A stretch of DNA of 64,000 nt from Escherichia coli (GTDB lineage Bacteria > Pseudomonadota > Gammaproteobacteria > Enterobacterales > Enterobacteriaceae): the NCBI RefSeq assembly GCF_016026235.1, contig NZ_CP065613.1; one strand, given 5' to 3'. Each line of letters starts with the position of its first letter. Positions within the stretch are counted from its first letter, which is position 1. The translations under genes and the position numbers were made by a program. The notes under the pieces were generated by a model. The model worked only from the letters and a program-made list of their open reading frames with translations. It was not told the DNA's origin and made no database searches. Below are positions 1-10,015 of the stretch, in pieces.

Positions 1-38
1 CTGCTAACGTGTCTGTCTCAAGAGTAAGGAGCATTACT

Positions 39-308
39 ATGAAATGTAAACGTCTGAATGAAGTTATTGAACTCCTCCAGCCAGCCTGGCAAAAAGAGCC
101 AGACCTTAACCTGTTGCAATTTTTGCAGAAACTGGCGAAAGAGTCAGGTTTTGACGGCGAACTGGCGGATTTGACGGATGACATTCTGATCTATCACCTG
201 AAAATGCGTGATTCCGCGAAAGATGCGGTGATCCCGGGTTTGCAGAAAGATTATGAAGAAGACTTCAAAACGGCGCTGTTACGCGCTCGCGGCGTAATTA
301 AAGAGTAA
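39..308 (+). CDS. yihD: YihD, small conserved protein of unknown function
   Basis: The ORF-track protein from the internal Met ([18 protein letters not shown]...) is recognised as E. coli YihD (89 aa). It lies upstream of srkA-dsbA as in K-12. Confidence 0.85.
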
Positions 309-384
309 AAGCTTGTAAGCGGTGCCACCAAAATCATCGTGAAATGATATCCTTCATCATTCGTAATGTTTTCCGGATGATGGG

Positions 385-1371
385 ATGAACAACAGCGCTT
401 TTACTTTCCAGACACTACACCCGGATACCATCATGGATGCTCTATTTGAGCAAGGGATCCGGGTGGATTCCGGTCTTACCCCGCTTAACAGCTATGAAAA
501 CCGTGTCTATCAATTTCAGGACGAAGATCGTCGACGTTTTGTCGTCAAATTTTATCGCCCTGAACGTTGGACAGCCGATCAAATCCTCGAAGAACATCAA
601 TTTGCGTTGCAGTTGGTAAATGATGAAGTTCCGGTCGCAGCACCTGTGGCCTTTAACGGTCAGACTTTATTGAATCATCAGGGATTTTATTTCGCTGTTT
701 TTCCAAGCGTCGGTGGTCGCCAGTTCGAAGCTGATAATATTGATCAGATGGAAGCGGTTGGGCGTTATTTAGGGCGTATGCACCAGACGGGGCGCAAACA
801 GCTTTTTATCCATCGCCCGACCATCGGTCTGAATGAATATCTCATTGAGCCACGCAAGCTGTTTGAGGACGCTACACTGATACCTTCCGGGTTGAAAGCG
901 GCATTCCTGAAAGCGACAGATGAGCTGATCGCCGCCGTTACAGCGCACTGGCGGGAAGATTTCACCGTTCTGCGGCTACATGGAGACTGCCACGCCGGGA
1001 ATATTCTCTGGCGCGATGGTCCAATGTTTGTTGATCTGGATGATGCACGTAATGGTCCAGCTATTCAGGATTTGTGGATGTTGCTCAATGGCGATAAAGC
1101 CGAGCAGCGGATGCAACTGGAAACTATTATTGAAGCTTATGAAGAATTTAGCGAGTTCGACACCGCTGAAATCGGACTGATTGAACCTTTACGCGCCATG
1201 CGTTTGGTTTATTATCTTGCCTGGCTAATGCGGCGTTGGGCTGATCCCGCGTTCCCGAAAAATTTCCCGTGGTTAACCGGGGAAGATTACTGGCTGCGAC
1301 AAACGGCGACTTTTATAGAACAGGCAAAAGTTCTACAAGAACCCCCTTTACAATTAACACCTATGTATTAA
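385..1371 (+). CDS. srkA: stress-response Ser/Thr protein kinase SrkA (RdoA/YihE)
   Basis: 328 aa. It has the kinase catalytic loop HGDCHAGNIL and a DLDD metal-binding motif. dsbA starts 16 nt downstream (conserved operon). Confidence 0.9.
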   Translation: MNNSAFTFQTLHPDTIMDALFEQGIRVDSGLTPLNSYENRVYQFQDEDRRRFVVKFYRPERWTADQILEEHQFALQLVNDEVPVAAPVAFNGQTLLNHQGFYFAVFPSVGGRQFEADNIDQMEAVGRYLGRMHQTGRKQLFIHRPTIGLNEYLIEPRKLFEDATLIPSGLKAAFLKATDELIAAVTAHWREDFTVLRLHGDCHAGNILWRDGPMFVDLDDARNGPAIQDLWMLLNGDKAEQRMQLETIIEAYEEFSEFDTAEIGLIEPLRAMRLVYYLAWLMRRWADPAFPKNFPWLTGEDYWLRQTATFIEQAKVLQEPPLQLTPMY

Positions 1372-1387
1372 TCGGAGAGAGTAGATC

Positions 1388-2014
1388 ATGAAAAAGATTT
1401 GGCTGGCGCTGGCTGGTTTAGTTTTAGCGTTTAGCGCATCGGCGGCGCAGTATGAAGATGGTAAACAGTACACTACCCTGGAAAAACCGGTAGCTGGCGC
1501 GCCGCAAGTGCTGGAGTTTTTCTCTTTCTTCTGTCCGCACTGCTATCAGTTTGAAGAAGTTCTGCATATTTCTGATAATGTGAAGAAAAAACTGCCGGAA
1601 GGCGTGAAGATGACTAAATACCACGTCAACTTCATGGGTGGTGACCTGGGCAAAGATCTGACTCAGGCATGGGCTGTGGCGATGGCGCTGGGCGTGGAAG
1701 ACAAAGTCACTGTTCCGCTGTTTGAAGGCGTACAGAAAACCCAGACCATTCGTTCAGCATCTGATATCCGCGATGTATTTATCAACGCAGGTATTAAAGG
1801 TGAAGAGTACGACGCGGCGTGGAACAGCTTCGTGGTCAAATCTCTGGTCGCTCAGCAGGAAAAAGCTGCAGCTGACGTGCAATTGCGTGGCGTTCCGGCG
1901 ATGTTTGTTAACGGTAAATATCAGCTGAATCCGCAGGGTATGGATACCAGCAATATGGATGTTTTTGTTCAGCAGTATGCTGATACAGTGAAATATCTGT
2001 CCGAGAAAAAATAA
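1388..2014 (+). CDS. dsbA: periplasmic thiol:disulfide oxidoreductase DsbA
   Basis: 208 aa, with signal peptide [19 protein letters not shown] and the thioredoxin-fold active site FCPHCYQF (CPHC). Confidence 0.97.
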
Positions 2015-2035
2015 TTCAATGTAAATTACATAAGG

Positions 2036-2061
2036 CCCGTGAATATTCACGGGTTTTTTTT
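2036..2061 (+). terminator. rho-independent terminator of dsbA
   Basis: Hairpin cccgtgaatattcacggg followed by a run of 8 T, 22 nt after the dsbA stop. Confidence 0.75.
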
Positions 2062-2168
2062 ATTATTTAATAAATATAAATACATTCTGATAATGTGTCC
2101 TGCCGCTGGACATTATTTCAGCATAAGCGGATATTTAAAGTTTTGCTGTTTTATCAGGGAATATTTAT

Positions 2169-3599
2169 ATGATACATAAGTCAGCTACAGGTGTTATTGT
2201 TGCGTTAGCCGTAATCTGGGGTGGTGGCACATGGTACACAGGTACGCAAATTCAGCCTGGTGTCGAAAAGTTTATTAAAGATTTTAACGATGCTAAAAAG
2301 AAAGGTGAACATGCCTACGATATGACGTTAAGTTATAAAAATTTTGACAAAGGTTTTTTTAATTCTCGTTTTCAAATGCAAATGACATTCGATAACGGTG
2401 CACCCGATCTCAATATCAAGCCAGGCCAGAAAGTTGTATTTGATGTGGATGTTGAGCACGGTCCGTTGCCCATCACAATGTTAATGCATGGTAATGTCAT
2501 CCCAGCACTGGCAGCGGCAAAAGTGAACTTAGTGAATAATGAACTGACACAACCGCTATTTATCGCCGCGAAAAATAAATCGCCCGTGGAAGCGACATTG
2601 CGATTCGCGTTTGGTGGCTCATTCTCTACGACATTAGATGTTGCCCCTGCAGAGTATGGAAAGTTTTCTTTTGGTGAGGGCCAGTTTACTTTTAATGGTG
2701 ATGGTAGTTCATTGTCTAACCTGGATATTGAAGGCAAAGTCGAAGATATTGTTCTGCAATTATCACCAATGAACAAAGTAACGGCAAAAAGTTTTACCAT
2801 TGATTCTCTGGCGCGATTAGAAGAAAAGAAATTTCCGGTTGGTGAAAGCGAGTCGAAATTTAATCAGATTAACATTATCAATCACGGGGAAGACGTTGCC
2901 CAAATCGATGCTTTCGTTGCAAAAACCATGCTGGATCGCGTTAAAGACAAAGATTATATCAATGTCAATCTGACCTACGAACTTGATAAGTTAACAAAAG
3001 GGAATCAGCAACTCGGTAGTGGTGAGTGGTCATTGATTGCTGAATCTATTGATCCCTCAGCGGTGCGCCAATTTATCATCCAGTATAACATTGCAATGCA
3101 GAAGCAGCTTGCTGCACACCCTGAGTTAGCAAACGATGAAGTTGCTCTGCAAGAAGTGAATGCTGCATTGTTCAAAGAGTATTTACCGTTATTACAAAAA
3201 AGTGAGCCGACCATTAAACAACCGGTAAAATGGAAGAACGCACTCGGCGAACTAAATGCCAATCTGGATATCAGTATTGCCGACCCAGCCAAATCTTCAT
3301 CATCCACAAACAAAGATATTAAATCGCTCAATTTTGATGTGAAGTTACCGCTTAATGTCGTCACAGAAACCGCAAAACAGCTTAATTTATCTGAAGGAAT
3401 GGATGCGGAAAAAGCGCAAAAGCGGGCTGATAAACAAATCAGCGGGATGATGACCTTAGGTCAGATGTTTCAGTTAATCACGATTGACAACAATACCGCC
3501 TCGCTGCAACTGCGTTATACACCGGGTAAAGTTGTTTTTAACGGACAGGAGATGAGCGAAGAAGAATTTATGTCTCGTGCCGGACGTTTTGTTCATTAA
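2169..3599 (+). CDS. yihF: YihF, DUF945-family protein with N-terminal membrane anchor
   Basis: 476 aa, recognised as E. coli YihF. It has an N-terminal hydrophobic segment (GVIVALAVIWGGGTWY). Confidence 0.85.
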   Translation: MIHKSATGVIVALAVIWGGGTWYTGTQIQPGVEKFIKDFNDAKKKGEHAYDMTLSYKNFDKGFFNSRFQMQMTFDNGAPDLNIKPGQKVVFDVDVEHGPLPITMLMHGNVIPALAAAKVNLVNNELTQPLFIAAKNKSPVEATLRFAFGGSFSTTLDVAPAEYGKFSFGEGQFTFNGDGSSLSNLDIEGKVEDIVLQLSPMNKVTAKSFTIDSLARLEEKKFPVGESESKFNQINIINHGEDVAQIDAFVAKTMLDRVKDKDYINVNLTYELDKLTKGNQQLGSGEWSLIAESIDPSAVRQFIIQYNIAMQKQLAAHPELANDEVALQEVNAALFKEYLPLLQKSEPTIKQPVKWKNALGELNANLDISIADPAKSSSSTNKDIKSLNFDVKLPLNVVTETAKQLNLSEGMDAEKAQKRADKQISGMMTLGQMFQLITIDNNTASLQLRYTPGKVVFNGQEMSEEEFMSRAGRFVH

Positions 3600-3607
3600 A
3601 ATACTCA

Positions 3608-3633
3608 CTCGCCTCTGCTCATTCAGAGGCGAG
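3608..3633. terminator. hairpin between convergent yihF and yihG (possible bidirectional terminator)
   Basis: A 10-bp perfect stem, ctcgcctctg / cagaggcgag, with a 6-nt loop, placed between two convergent stop codons. Confidence 0.5.
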
Positions 3634-3639
3634 CAAAAT

Positions 3640-4572
3640 TTACTTGTCCTGCCGCTGTGATGACATCAACGACGTCAGAAGTCGGTCTTTTTCCTGCCAC
3701 AGTGAGTTCAGCCATTGCTGAAAATGGCGCTTAAAGCTTTTGTCATTGATGTAGTCGCCATGTAACTCATCGGCAATAGGCTGTAAATCCACATGAACGA
3801 CAATTCGCGTCAGTTTACCGCTTAACATATCGAAGAACGGCTGACGGTTATTGTCCGGATAACACAGCGTAACATTAAGCAGTTTATCGAATTGTTTACC
3901 CAGTACATTTAGCGCCATCGCAATGCCTGCCGCCTTTGGTGGCAACAAGTTTTGAAAAGTGGAGTGGGTTTGCTGATGTTTTTCTTGCGTGAAACGGGAG
4001 CCTTCAACGAAATTGACAATGGTGGTGGGATGCAGGCGAAACTTTTCACAAGAACGCCGAGTGGTTTCAACATCTTTACCACGTCGCTCCGGATGACGTA
4101 ATAAATAAGCGCGGGAATAACGCTTCATAAACGGCATATCCAGCGCCCAGCACTCCAGGCCAAGAAATGGCACCCAGGCCAGCTGTTGCTTGAGGAAATA
4201 TTTATTCATCGGAATGTGCTTACGAAACAGCACGCACAGTACGACAATATCTGCCCAACTACGGTGGTTACAAATAAGCAGATACCAGTTCTTCTTACTT
4301 AACCCTTCCAGCCCGTGAACTTCCCATTGCAGGTGTGGGTTCAGATGCAGTAATACCGCCAGACCTTCACACCAGCAATACATCATAAAATCACAAAAAC
4401 GCGAAACCTTTCGCCAAATGACTGGCACAGGTAGCAATAGTTTTACAATCCCGGCAATGATGATCGGGACGGAACAAAAAATAGTGACCAAAATGGTCAA
4501 TACGATACTCAGCAAAAGGGTTATCGCAGCGAGTATTCTCGTCATAATGAATTTATTCAAAAGGTTAGCCAT
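3640..4572 (-). CDS. yihG: PlsC-like lysophospholipid acyltransferase YihG
   Basis: 310 aa from [10 protein letters not shown]. It has the acyltransferase HX4D motif (NHRSWAD) and N-terminal TM segments. The ORF-track start at 4596 is an upstream extension. Confidence 0.88.
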   Translation of the reverse strand: MANLLNKFIMTRILAAITLLLSIVLTILVTIFCSVPIIIAGIVKLLLPVPVIWRKVSRFCDFMMYCWCEGLAVLLHLNPHLQWEVHGLEGLSKKNWYLLICNHRSWADIVVLCVLFRKHIPMNKYFLKQQLAWVPFLGLECWALDMPFMKRYSRAYLLRHPERRGKDVETTRRSCEKFRLHPTTIVNFVEGSRFTQEKHQQTHSTFQNLLPPKAAGIAMALNVLGKQFDKLLNVTLCYPDNNRQPFFDMLSGKLTRIVVHVDLQPIADELHGDYINDKSFKRHFQQWLNSLWQEKDRLLTSLMSSQRQDK

Positions 4573-4803
4573 AGACAGTGCACTAAAGAAGCGCAAGGCG
4601 CAGATTTTAGCAGAAAACGACCCAAATAACGGATGATCCTTAAGGAGAAAAATAATTCATATCTATCCACATTAGAAAAAATCCCATTATCTCAATTATT
4701 AGGGATGGCTTTATTTTTAACTACATGAAAAACAAAGACAAACATCATACTGTAAAAAGCATGATAATAAATTAAAAGCGATGTAAATCATTTATGCACA
4801 AAG

Positions 4804-4812
4804 TTATCCACA
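4804..4812 (+). promoter_or_regulatory. consensus DnaA box in the polA upstream region
   Basis: Exact TTATCCACA about 125 nt upstream of the polA ATG. A near-copy, cTATCCACA, lies near 4663-4671. Confidence 0.5.
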
Positions 4813-4935
4813 TGACGATTTGCGAGCGATCCAGAAGATCTACAAAAGATTTTCACGAAAAGCGGTGAAAAACTCATGTTTTTATCCTGTCTGTGGCATC
4901 CTTTACCCATAATCTGATAAACAGGCACGGACATT

Positions 4936-7722
4936 ATGGTTCAGATCCCCCAAAATCCACTTATCCTTGTAGATGGTTCATCTTATCTTTATCGCGCATA
5001 TCACGCGTTTCCCCCGCTGACTAACAGCGCAGGCGAGCCGACCGGTGCGATGTATGGTGTCCTCAACATGCTGCGCAGTCTGATCATGCAATATAAACCG
5101 ACGCATGCAGCGGTGGTCTTTGACGCCAAGGGAAAAACCTTTCGTGATGAACTGTTTGAACATTACAAATCACATCGCCCGCCAATGCCGGACGATCTGC
5201 GAGCACAAATCGAACCCCTGCACGCGATGGTTAAAGCGATGGGACTGCCGCTGCTGGCGGTTTCTGGCGTAGAAGCGGACGACGTTATCGGTACTCTGGC
5301 GCGCGAAGCCGAAAAAGCCGGGCGTCCGGTGCTGATCAGCACTGGCGATAAAGATATGGCGCAGCTGGTGACGCCAAATATTACGCTTATCAACACCATG
5401 ACGAATACCATCCTCGGACCGGAAGAGGTGGTGAATAAGTACGGCGTGCCGCCAGAACTGATCATCGATTTCCTGGCGCTGATGGGTGACTCCTCCGATA
5501 ACATTCCTGGCGTACCGGGCGTCGGTGAAAAAACCGCGCAGGCATTGCTGCAAGGTCTTGGCGGGCTGGATACGCTGTATGCCGAGCCAGAAAAAATTGC
5601 TGGGTTGAGCTTCCGTGGCGCGAAAACAATGGCAGCGAAGCTCGAGCAAAACAAAGAAGTTGCTTATCTCTCATACCAGCTGGCGACGATTAAAACCGAC
5701 GTTGAACTGGAGCTAACCTGTGAACAACTGGAAGTGCAGCAACCGGCGGCGGAAGAGTTGTTGGGGCTGTTCAAAAAGTATGAGTTCAAACGCTGGACTG
5801 CTGATGTCGAAGCGGGCAAATGGTTACAGGCTAAAGGGGCGAAACCCGCCGCCAGGCCGCAGGAAACTAGTGTTGCAGACGAAGCGCCAGAAGTGACGGC
5901 AACGGTGATTTCTTATGACAACTACGTCACCATCCTTGATGAAGAAACACTGAAAGCGTGGATTGCGAAGCTGGAAAAAGCGCCGGTATTTGCATTTGAT
6001 ACTGAAACCGACAGCCTCGATAACATCTCTGCCAACCTGGTCGGGCTTTCTTTTGCTATCGAGCCAGGCGTAGCGGCATATATTCCGGTTGCTCATGATT
6101 ATCTTGATGCGCCCGATCAAATCTCTCGCGAGCGTGCACTCGAGTTGCTAAAACCGCTGCTGGAAGATGAAAAGGCGCTGAAGGTCGGGCAAAACCTGAA
6201 ATACGATCGCGGTATTCTGGCGAATTACGGCATTGAGCTGCGTGGGATTGCGTTTGATACCATGCTTGAGTCCTACATTCTTAATAGCGTTGCCGGGCGT
6301 CACGATATGGACAGCCTCGCGGAACGTTGGTTGAAGCACAAAACCATCACTTTTGAAGAGATTGCGGGTAAAGGCAAAAATCAACTGACCTTTAACCAGA
6401 TTGCCCTCGAAGAGGCCGGACGTTACGCCGCCGAAGATGCTGATGTCACCTTGCAGTTGCATCTGAAAATGTGGCCGGACCTGCAAAAACACAAAGGGCC
6501 GTTGAACGTCTTCGAGAATATCGAAATGCCGCTGGTGCCGGTGCTTTCACGCATTGAACGTAACGGTGTGAAGATCGATCCGAAAGTGCTGCACAATCAT
6601 TCTGAAGAGCTTACCTTGCGTCTGGCTGAGCTGGAAAAGAAAGCGCATGAAATTGCAGGTGAGGAATTTAACCTTTCTTCCACCAAGCAGTTACAAACCA
6701 TTCTGTTTGAAAAACAGGGCATTAAACCACTGAAGAAAACGCCGGGTGGCGCGCCGTCAACGTCGGAAGAGGTACTGGAAGAACTGGCGCTGGACTATCC
6801 GTTGCCAAAAGTGATTCTGGAGTATCGTGGTCTGGCGAAGCTGAAGTCGACTTACACCGACAAGCTGCCGCTGATGATCAACCCGAAAACCGGGCGTGTG
6901 CATACCTCTTATCACCAGGCAGTAACTGCAACGGGACGTTTATCGTCAACCGATCCTAACCTGCAAAACATTCCGGTGCGTAACGAAGAAGGTCGTCGTA
7001 TCCGCCAGGCGTTTATTGCGCCAGAGGATTATGTGATTGTCTCAGCGGACTACTCGCAGATTGAACTGCGCATTATGGCGCATCTTTCGCGTGACAAAGG
7101 CTTGCTGACCGCATTCGCGGAAGGAAAAGATATCCACCGGGCAACGGCGGCAGAAGTGTTTGGTTTGCCACTGGAAACCGTCACCAGCGAGCAACGCCGT
7201 AGCGCGAAAGCGATCAACTTTGGTCTGATTTATGGCATGAGTGCTTTCGGTCTGGCGCGGCAATTGAACATTCCACGTAAAGAAGCGCAGAAGTACATGG
7301 ACCTTTACTTCGAACGCTACCCTGGCGTGCTGGAGTATATGGAACGCACCCGTGCTCAGGCGAAAGAGCAGGGCTACGTTGAAACGCTGGACGGACGCCG
7401 TCTGTATCTGCCGGATATCAAATCCAGCAATGGTGCTCGTCGTGCAGCGGCTGAACGTGCAGCCATTAACGCGCCAATGCAGGGAACCGCCGCCGACATT
7501 ATCAAACGGGCGATGATTGCCGTTGATGCGTGGTTACAGGCTGAGCAACCGCGTGTACGTATGATCATGCAGGTACACGATGAACTGGTATTTGAAGTTC
7601 ATAAAGATGATGTTGATGCCGTCGCGAAGCAGATTCATCAACTGATGGAAAACTGTACCCGTCTGGATGTGCCGTTGCTGGTGGAAGTGGGGAGTGGCGA
7701 AAACTGGGATCAGGCGCACTAA
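4936..7722 (+). CDS. polA: DNA polymerase I
   Basis: 928 aa with a 5'-nuclease N-terminus and a 3'-5' exonuclease domain (FDTETDSL). Polymerase motifs are A (DYSQIELR), B ([14 protein letters not shown]) and C (QVHDEL). Confidence 0.99.
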   Translation: MVQIPQNPLILVDGSSYLYRAYHAFPPLTNSAGEPTGAMYGVLNMLRSLIMQYKPTHAAVVFDAKGKTFRDELFEHYKSHRPPMPDDLRAQIEPLHAMVKAMGLPLLAVSGVEADDVIGTLAREAEKAGRPVLISTGDKDMAQLVTPNITLINTMTNTILGPEEVVNKYGVPPELIIDFLALMGDSSDNIPGVPGVGEKTAQALLQGLGGLDTLYAEPEKIAGLSFRGAKTMAAKLEQNKEVAYLSYQLATIKTDVELELTCEQLEVQQPAAEELLGLFKKYEFKRWTADVEAGKWLQAKGAKPAARPQETSVADEAPEVTATVISYDNYVTILDEETLKAWIAKLEKAPVFAFDTETDSLDNISANLVGLSFAIEPGVAAYIPVAHDYLDAPDQISRERALELLKPLLEDEKALKVGQNLKYDRGILANYGIELRGIAFDTMLESYILNSVAGRHDMDSLAERWLKHKTITFEEIAGKGKNQLTFNQIALEEAGRYAAEDADVTLQLHLKMWPDLQKHKGPLNVFENIEMPLVPVLSRIERNGVKIDPKVLHNHSEELTLRLAELEKKAHEIAGEEFNLSSTKQLQTILFEKQGIKPLKKTPGGAPSTSEEVLEELALDYPLPKVILEYRGLAKLKSTYTDKLPLMINPKTGRVHTSYHQAVTATGRLSSTDPNLQNIPVRNEEGRRIRQAFIAPEDYVIVSADYSQIELRIMAHLSRDKGLLTAFAEGKDIHRATAAEVFGLPLETVTSEQRRSAKAINFGLIYGMSAFGLARQLNIPRKEAQKYMDLYFERYPGVLEYMERTRAQAKEQGYVETLDGRRLYLPDIKSSNGARRAAAERAAINAPMQGTAADIIKRAMIAVDAWLQAEQPRVRMIMQVHDELVFEVHKDDVDAVAKQIHQLMENCTRLDVPLLVEVGSGENWDQAH

Positions 7723-7869
7723 GATTCGCCTGAACATGCCCTTTTTTCGTAAGTAAGCAACATAAGCTGTCACGTTTTGTGATGGCTATTAGAAATTCCT
7801 ATGCAACAACTGAAAAAAAATTACAAAAAGTGCTTTCTGAACTGAACAAAAAAGAGTAAAGTTAGTCGC

Positions 7870-7978
7870 GTAGGGTACAGAGGTAAGATGTTCTATCTTT
7901 CAGACCTTTTACTTCACGTAATCGGATTTGGCTGAATATTTTAGCCGCCCCAGTCAGTAATGACTGGGGCGTTTTTTA
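7870..7978 (+). ncRNA. spf: Spot 42 sRNA
   Basis: The 109-nt sequence GTAGGGTACAGAGGTAAGATGTTCTATC...CCCCAGTCAGTAATGACTGGGGCGTTTTTTA is recognised as E. coli Spot 42, including its terminal hairpin and U-run. Confidence 0.95.
7888..7935 (+). CDS. spfP: 15-aa small protein encoded within Spot 42 (SpfP)
   Basis: ATG at 7888 with AGAGGTAAG just upstream. It translates to MFYLSDLLLHVIGFG*. Assignment is from memory of the reported dual-function Spot 42. Confidence 0.5.
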   Translation: MFYLSDLLLHVIGFG

Positions 7979-8003
7979 TTGGGCGAAAGAAAAGATCCGT
8001 AAT

Positions 8004-8082
8004 GCCTGATGCGCTATGTTTATCAGGCCAACGGTAGAATTGTAATCTATTGAATTTACGGGCCGGATACGCCACATCCGGC
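8004..8082. repeat. REP/BIME element (two palindromic units)
   Basis: gcctgatgcgctatgtttatcaggcc and gccggatacgccacatccggc are typical REP palindromes, lying between spf and engB. Confidence 0.75.
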
Positions 8083-8103
8083 ACAAGCATTAAGGCAAGA
8101 AAA

Positions 8104-8736
8104 TTATTCGCCGTCCTGCGTTTCTTCTACAGGCTGCATCTCGCTAAACCAGGTATCCAGTTTCTGCCGCAGCTTGTCCACGCCTTGTTTCTTCAACGAA
8201 GAAAACGTTTCAACCTGCACATCACCGTTAAACGCCAGTACAGCTTCACGCACCATATTCAATTGCGCTTTACGTGCGCCGCTTGCCAGTTTGTCCGCTT
8301 TGGTCAGCAACACCAGCACGGCGATATTGCTGTCTACCGCCCACTCAATCATCTGCTGATCCAAATCTTTCAGCGGATGGCGAATATCCATTAGCACCAC
8401 CAGACCTTGCAGGCTCTGACGTTTTTCGAGGTACTCGCCGAGCGCGCGCTGCCATTTGCGCTTCATCTCTTCCGGGACTTCCGCATAACCGTACCCAGGC
8501 AAGTCAACCAGACGCTTGCCGTCAGCCACTTCAAACAGGTTGATAAGCTGGGTGCGCCCTGGGGTTTTTGAGGTACGAGCCAGGCTTTTCTGGTTAGTCA
8601 GCGTGTTCAGCGCGCTGGATTTACCTGCGTTGGAACGGCCTGCAAAAGCCACTTCAATTCCGGTATCGGAAGGTAGGTGGCGAATATCAGGCGCACTCAT
8701 CACAAAATGCGTCTGTTGATAATTCAAATTAGTCAA
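8104..8736 (-). CDS. engB: ribosome-biogenesis GTPase EngB (YihA)
   Basis: 210 aa with G1 [10 protein letters not shown]3 DLPGYG and G4 TKADK. Confidence 0.95.
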
Positions 8737-9006
8737 AGCGGTCGTCTCCGTCAGTCAAAGCTTTGTGGCGATTATACCTGAACCATAATAAAAGGCGGAT
8801 TTTTCGGCGTGAGCGTTGTAAGTAAAAGCCATACGCTTTGTGAGACATTGCCGATAGTCTTTATGCGAAATAGCAGAGAAAATTCTGCGATGCATGTCAA
8901 ATAAGCTATATAAATCAGTGAATTGCTTTTATATAAAACTCTGAAAATGTGCAAATACTGATGGCGGTTGATTGTTTGTTTAAAGCAAAGGCGTAAAGTA
9001 GCACCC

Positions 9007-9250
9007 ATAGAGCGAGGACGCTAACAGGAACAATGACTCAGGATGAGGGTCAGGAGCGCCAGGAGGCGAAGACAGAGGATTGTCAGGAAGACAAACGTCC
9101 GGAGACGTAATTAAACGGAAATGGAATCAACACGGATTGTTCCGGCTAAAGGAAAAACAGGGTGTGTTGGCGGCCTGCAAGGATTGTAAGACCCGTTAAG
9201 GGTTATGAGTCAGGAAAAAAGGCGACAGAGTAATCTGTCGCCTTTTTTCT
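9007..9250 (+). ncRNA. csrC: CsrC sRNA (CsrA-sequestering)
   Basis: Recognised CsrC sequence (ATAGAGCGAGGACGCTAACAGGAACAATGACTCAGGATGAGGGTCAGGAGC...) with more than 10 GGA motifs. It ends in the terminator ggcgacagagtaatctgtcgcc + T-run. End coordinates are approximate. Confidence 0.85.
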
Positions 9251-9317
9251 TTGCTTGCTTTCTGTTAGATTCCGCCGCAAATCTATACTGAATAAAACGG
9301 CTAAAAGACGAACCATT

Positions 9318-9827
9318 ATGAAACCATCATCTTCAAACTCACGCAGCAAAGGTCATGCAAAAGCGCGTCGAAAAACACGCGAGGAGCTGGATCAGGAAGC
9401 TCGTGATCGCAAGCGTCAGAAAAAACGTCGTGGTCATGCGCCGGGCAGCCGCGCAGCGGGCGGAAACACCACGTCAGGCAGCAAAGGCCAGAACGCACCA
9501 AAAGATCCACGTATTGGCAGTAAAACCCCTATTCCATTGGGCGTGACTGAAAAAGTCACCAAACAGCACAAACCGAAGAGTGAGAAACCTATGCTTTCAC
9601 CGCAGGCGGAGTTGGAATTACTGGAAACGGATGAGCGTCTGGATGCGCTGCTGGAACGTCTGGAAGCAGGCGAAACCCTGAGTGCCGAAGAGCAATCCTG
9701 GGTGGATGCTAAACTGGATCGTATTGATGAGTTGATGCAGAAACTCGGCCTCTCTTATGACGATGACGAAGAAGAGGAAGAAGACGAGAAGCAAGAAGAC
9801 ATGATGCGTCTGCTGCGGGGCAACTAA
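9318..9827 (+). CDS. yihI: Der GTPase-activating protein YihI
   Basis: 169 aa from [19 protein letters not shown], with a very basic N-terminus and an acidic C-terminus ([14 protein letters not shown]). The ORF-track start at 9255 is an extension. Confidence 0.9.
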   Translation: MKPSSSNSRSKGHAKARRKTREELDQEARDRKRQKKRRGHAPGSRAAGGNTTSGSKGQNAPKDPRIGSKTPIPLGVTEKVTKQHKPKSEKPMLSPQAELELLETDERLDALLERLEAGETLSAEEQSWVDAKLDRIDELMQKLGLSYDDDEEEEEDEKQEDMMRLLRGN

Positions 9828-9839
9828 CGGATTGCCGCC

Positions 9840-10013
9840 GTGGGCCTTCCCGTTCTGCTGATAACCCTTCCGGTTATATGTTATCTGGTGTGGTTATTCG
9901 TTAAACTACAGCGGTTGTCGCGGCGACAAAAGTGGCTGCGCAACCGGCTGATGACCCGAAACGGGCATCCGCCGGTACGCCGTAGCCGCCAGAGACGCCA
10001 TCGGAAGGAGTGA
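9840..10013 (+). CDS. hypothetical 57-codon ORF (one TM helix plus Arg/Lys-rich tail) bridging yihI and hemN
   Basis: It is open in the yihI frame directly after the yihI TAA, and GTG 9840 is a possible start. It reads VGLPVLLITLPVICYLVWLFV + KLQRLSRRQKWLRNRLMTRNGHPPVRRSRQRRHRKE. Its TGA lies 2 nt before the hemN ATG. There is no clear SD and it uses some rare codons. Confidence 0.3.
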   Translation: MGLPVLLITLPVICYLVWLFVKLQRLSRRQKWLRNRLMTRNGHPPVRRSRQRRHRKE

Positions 10014-10015
10014 GC

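Noticed and set aside
8772-9008. 78-aa minus-strand ORF between engB and csrC.
   Set aside because: It lies in AT-rich promoter DNA for engB and csrC, gives a low-complexity translation, has no SD, and overlaps the CsrC 5' end.
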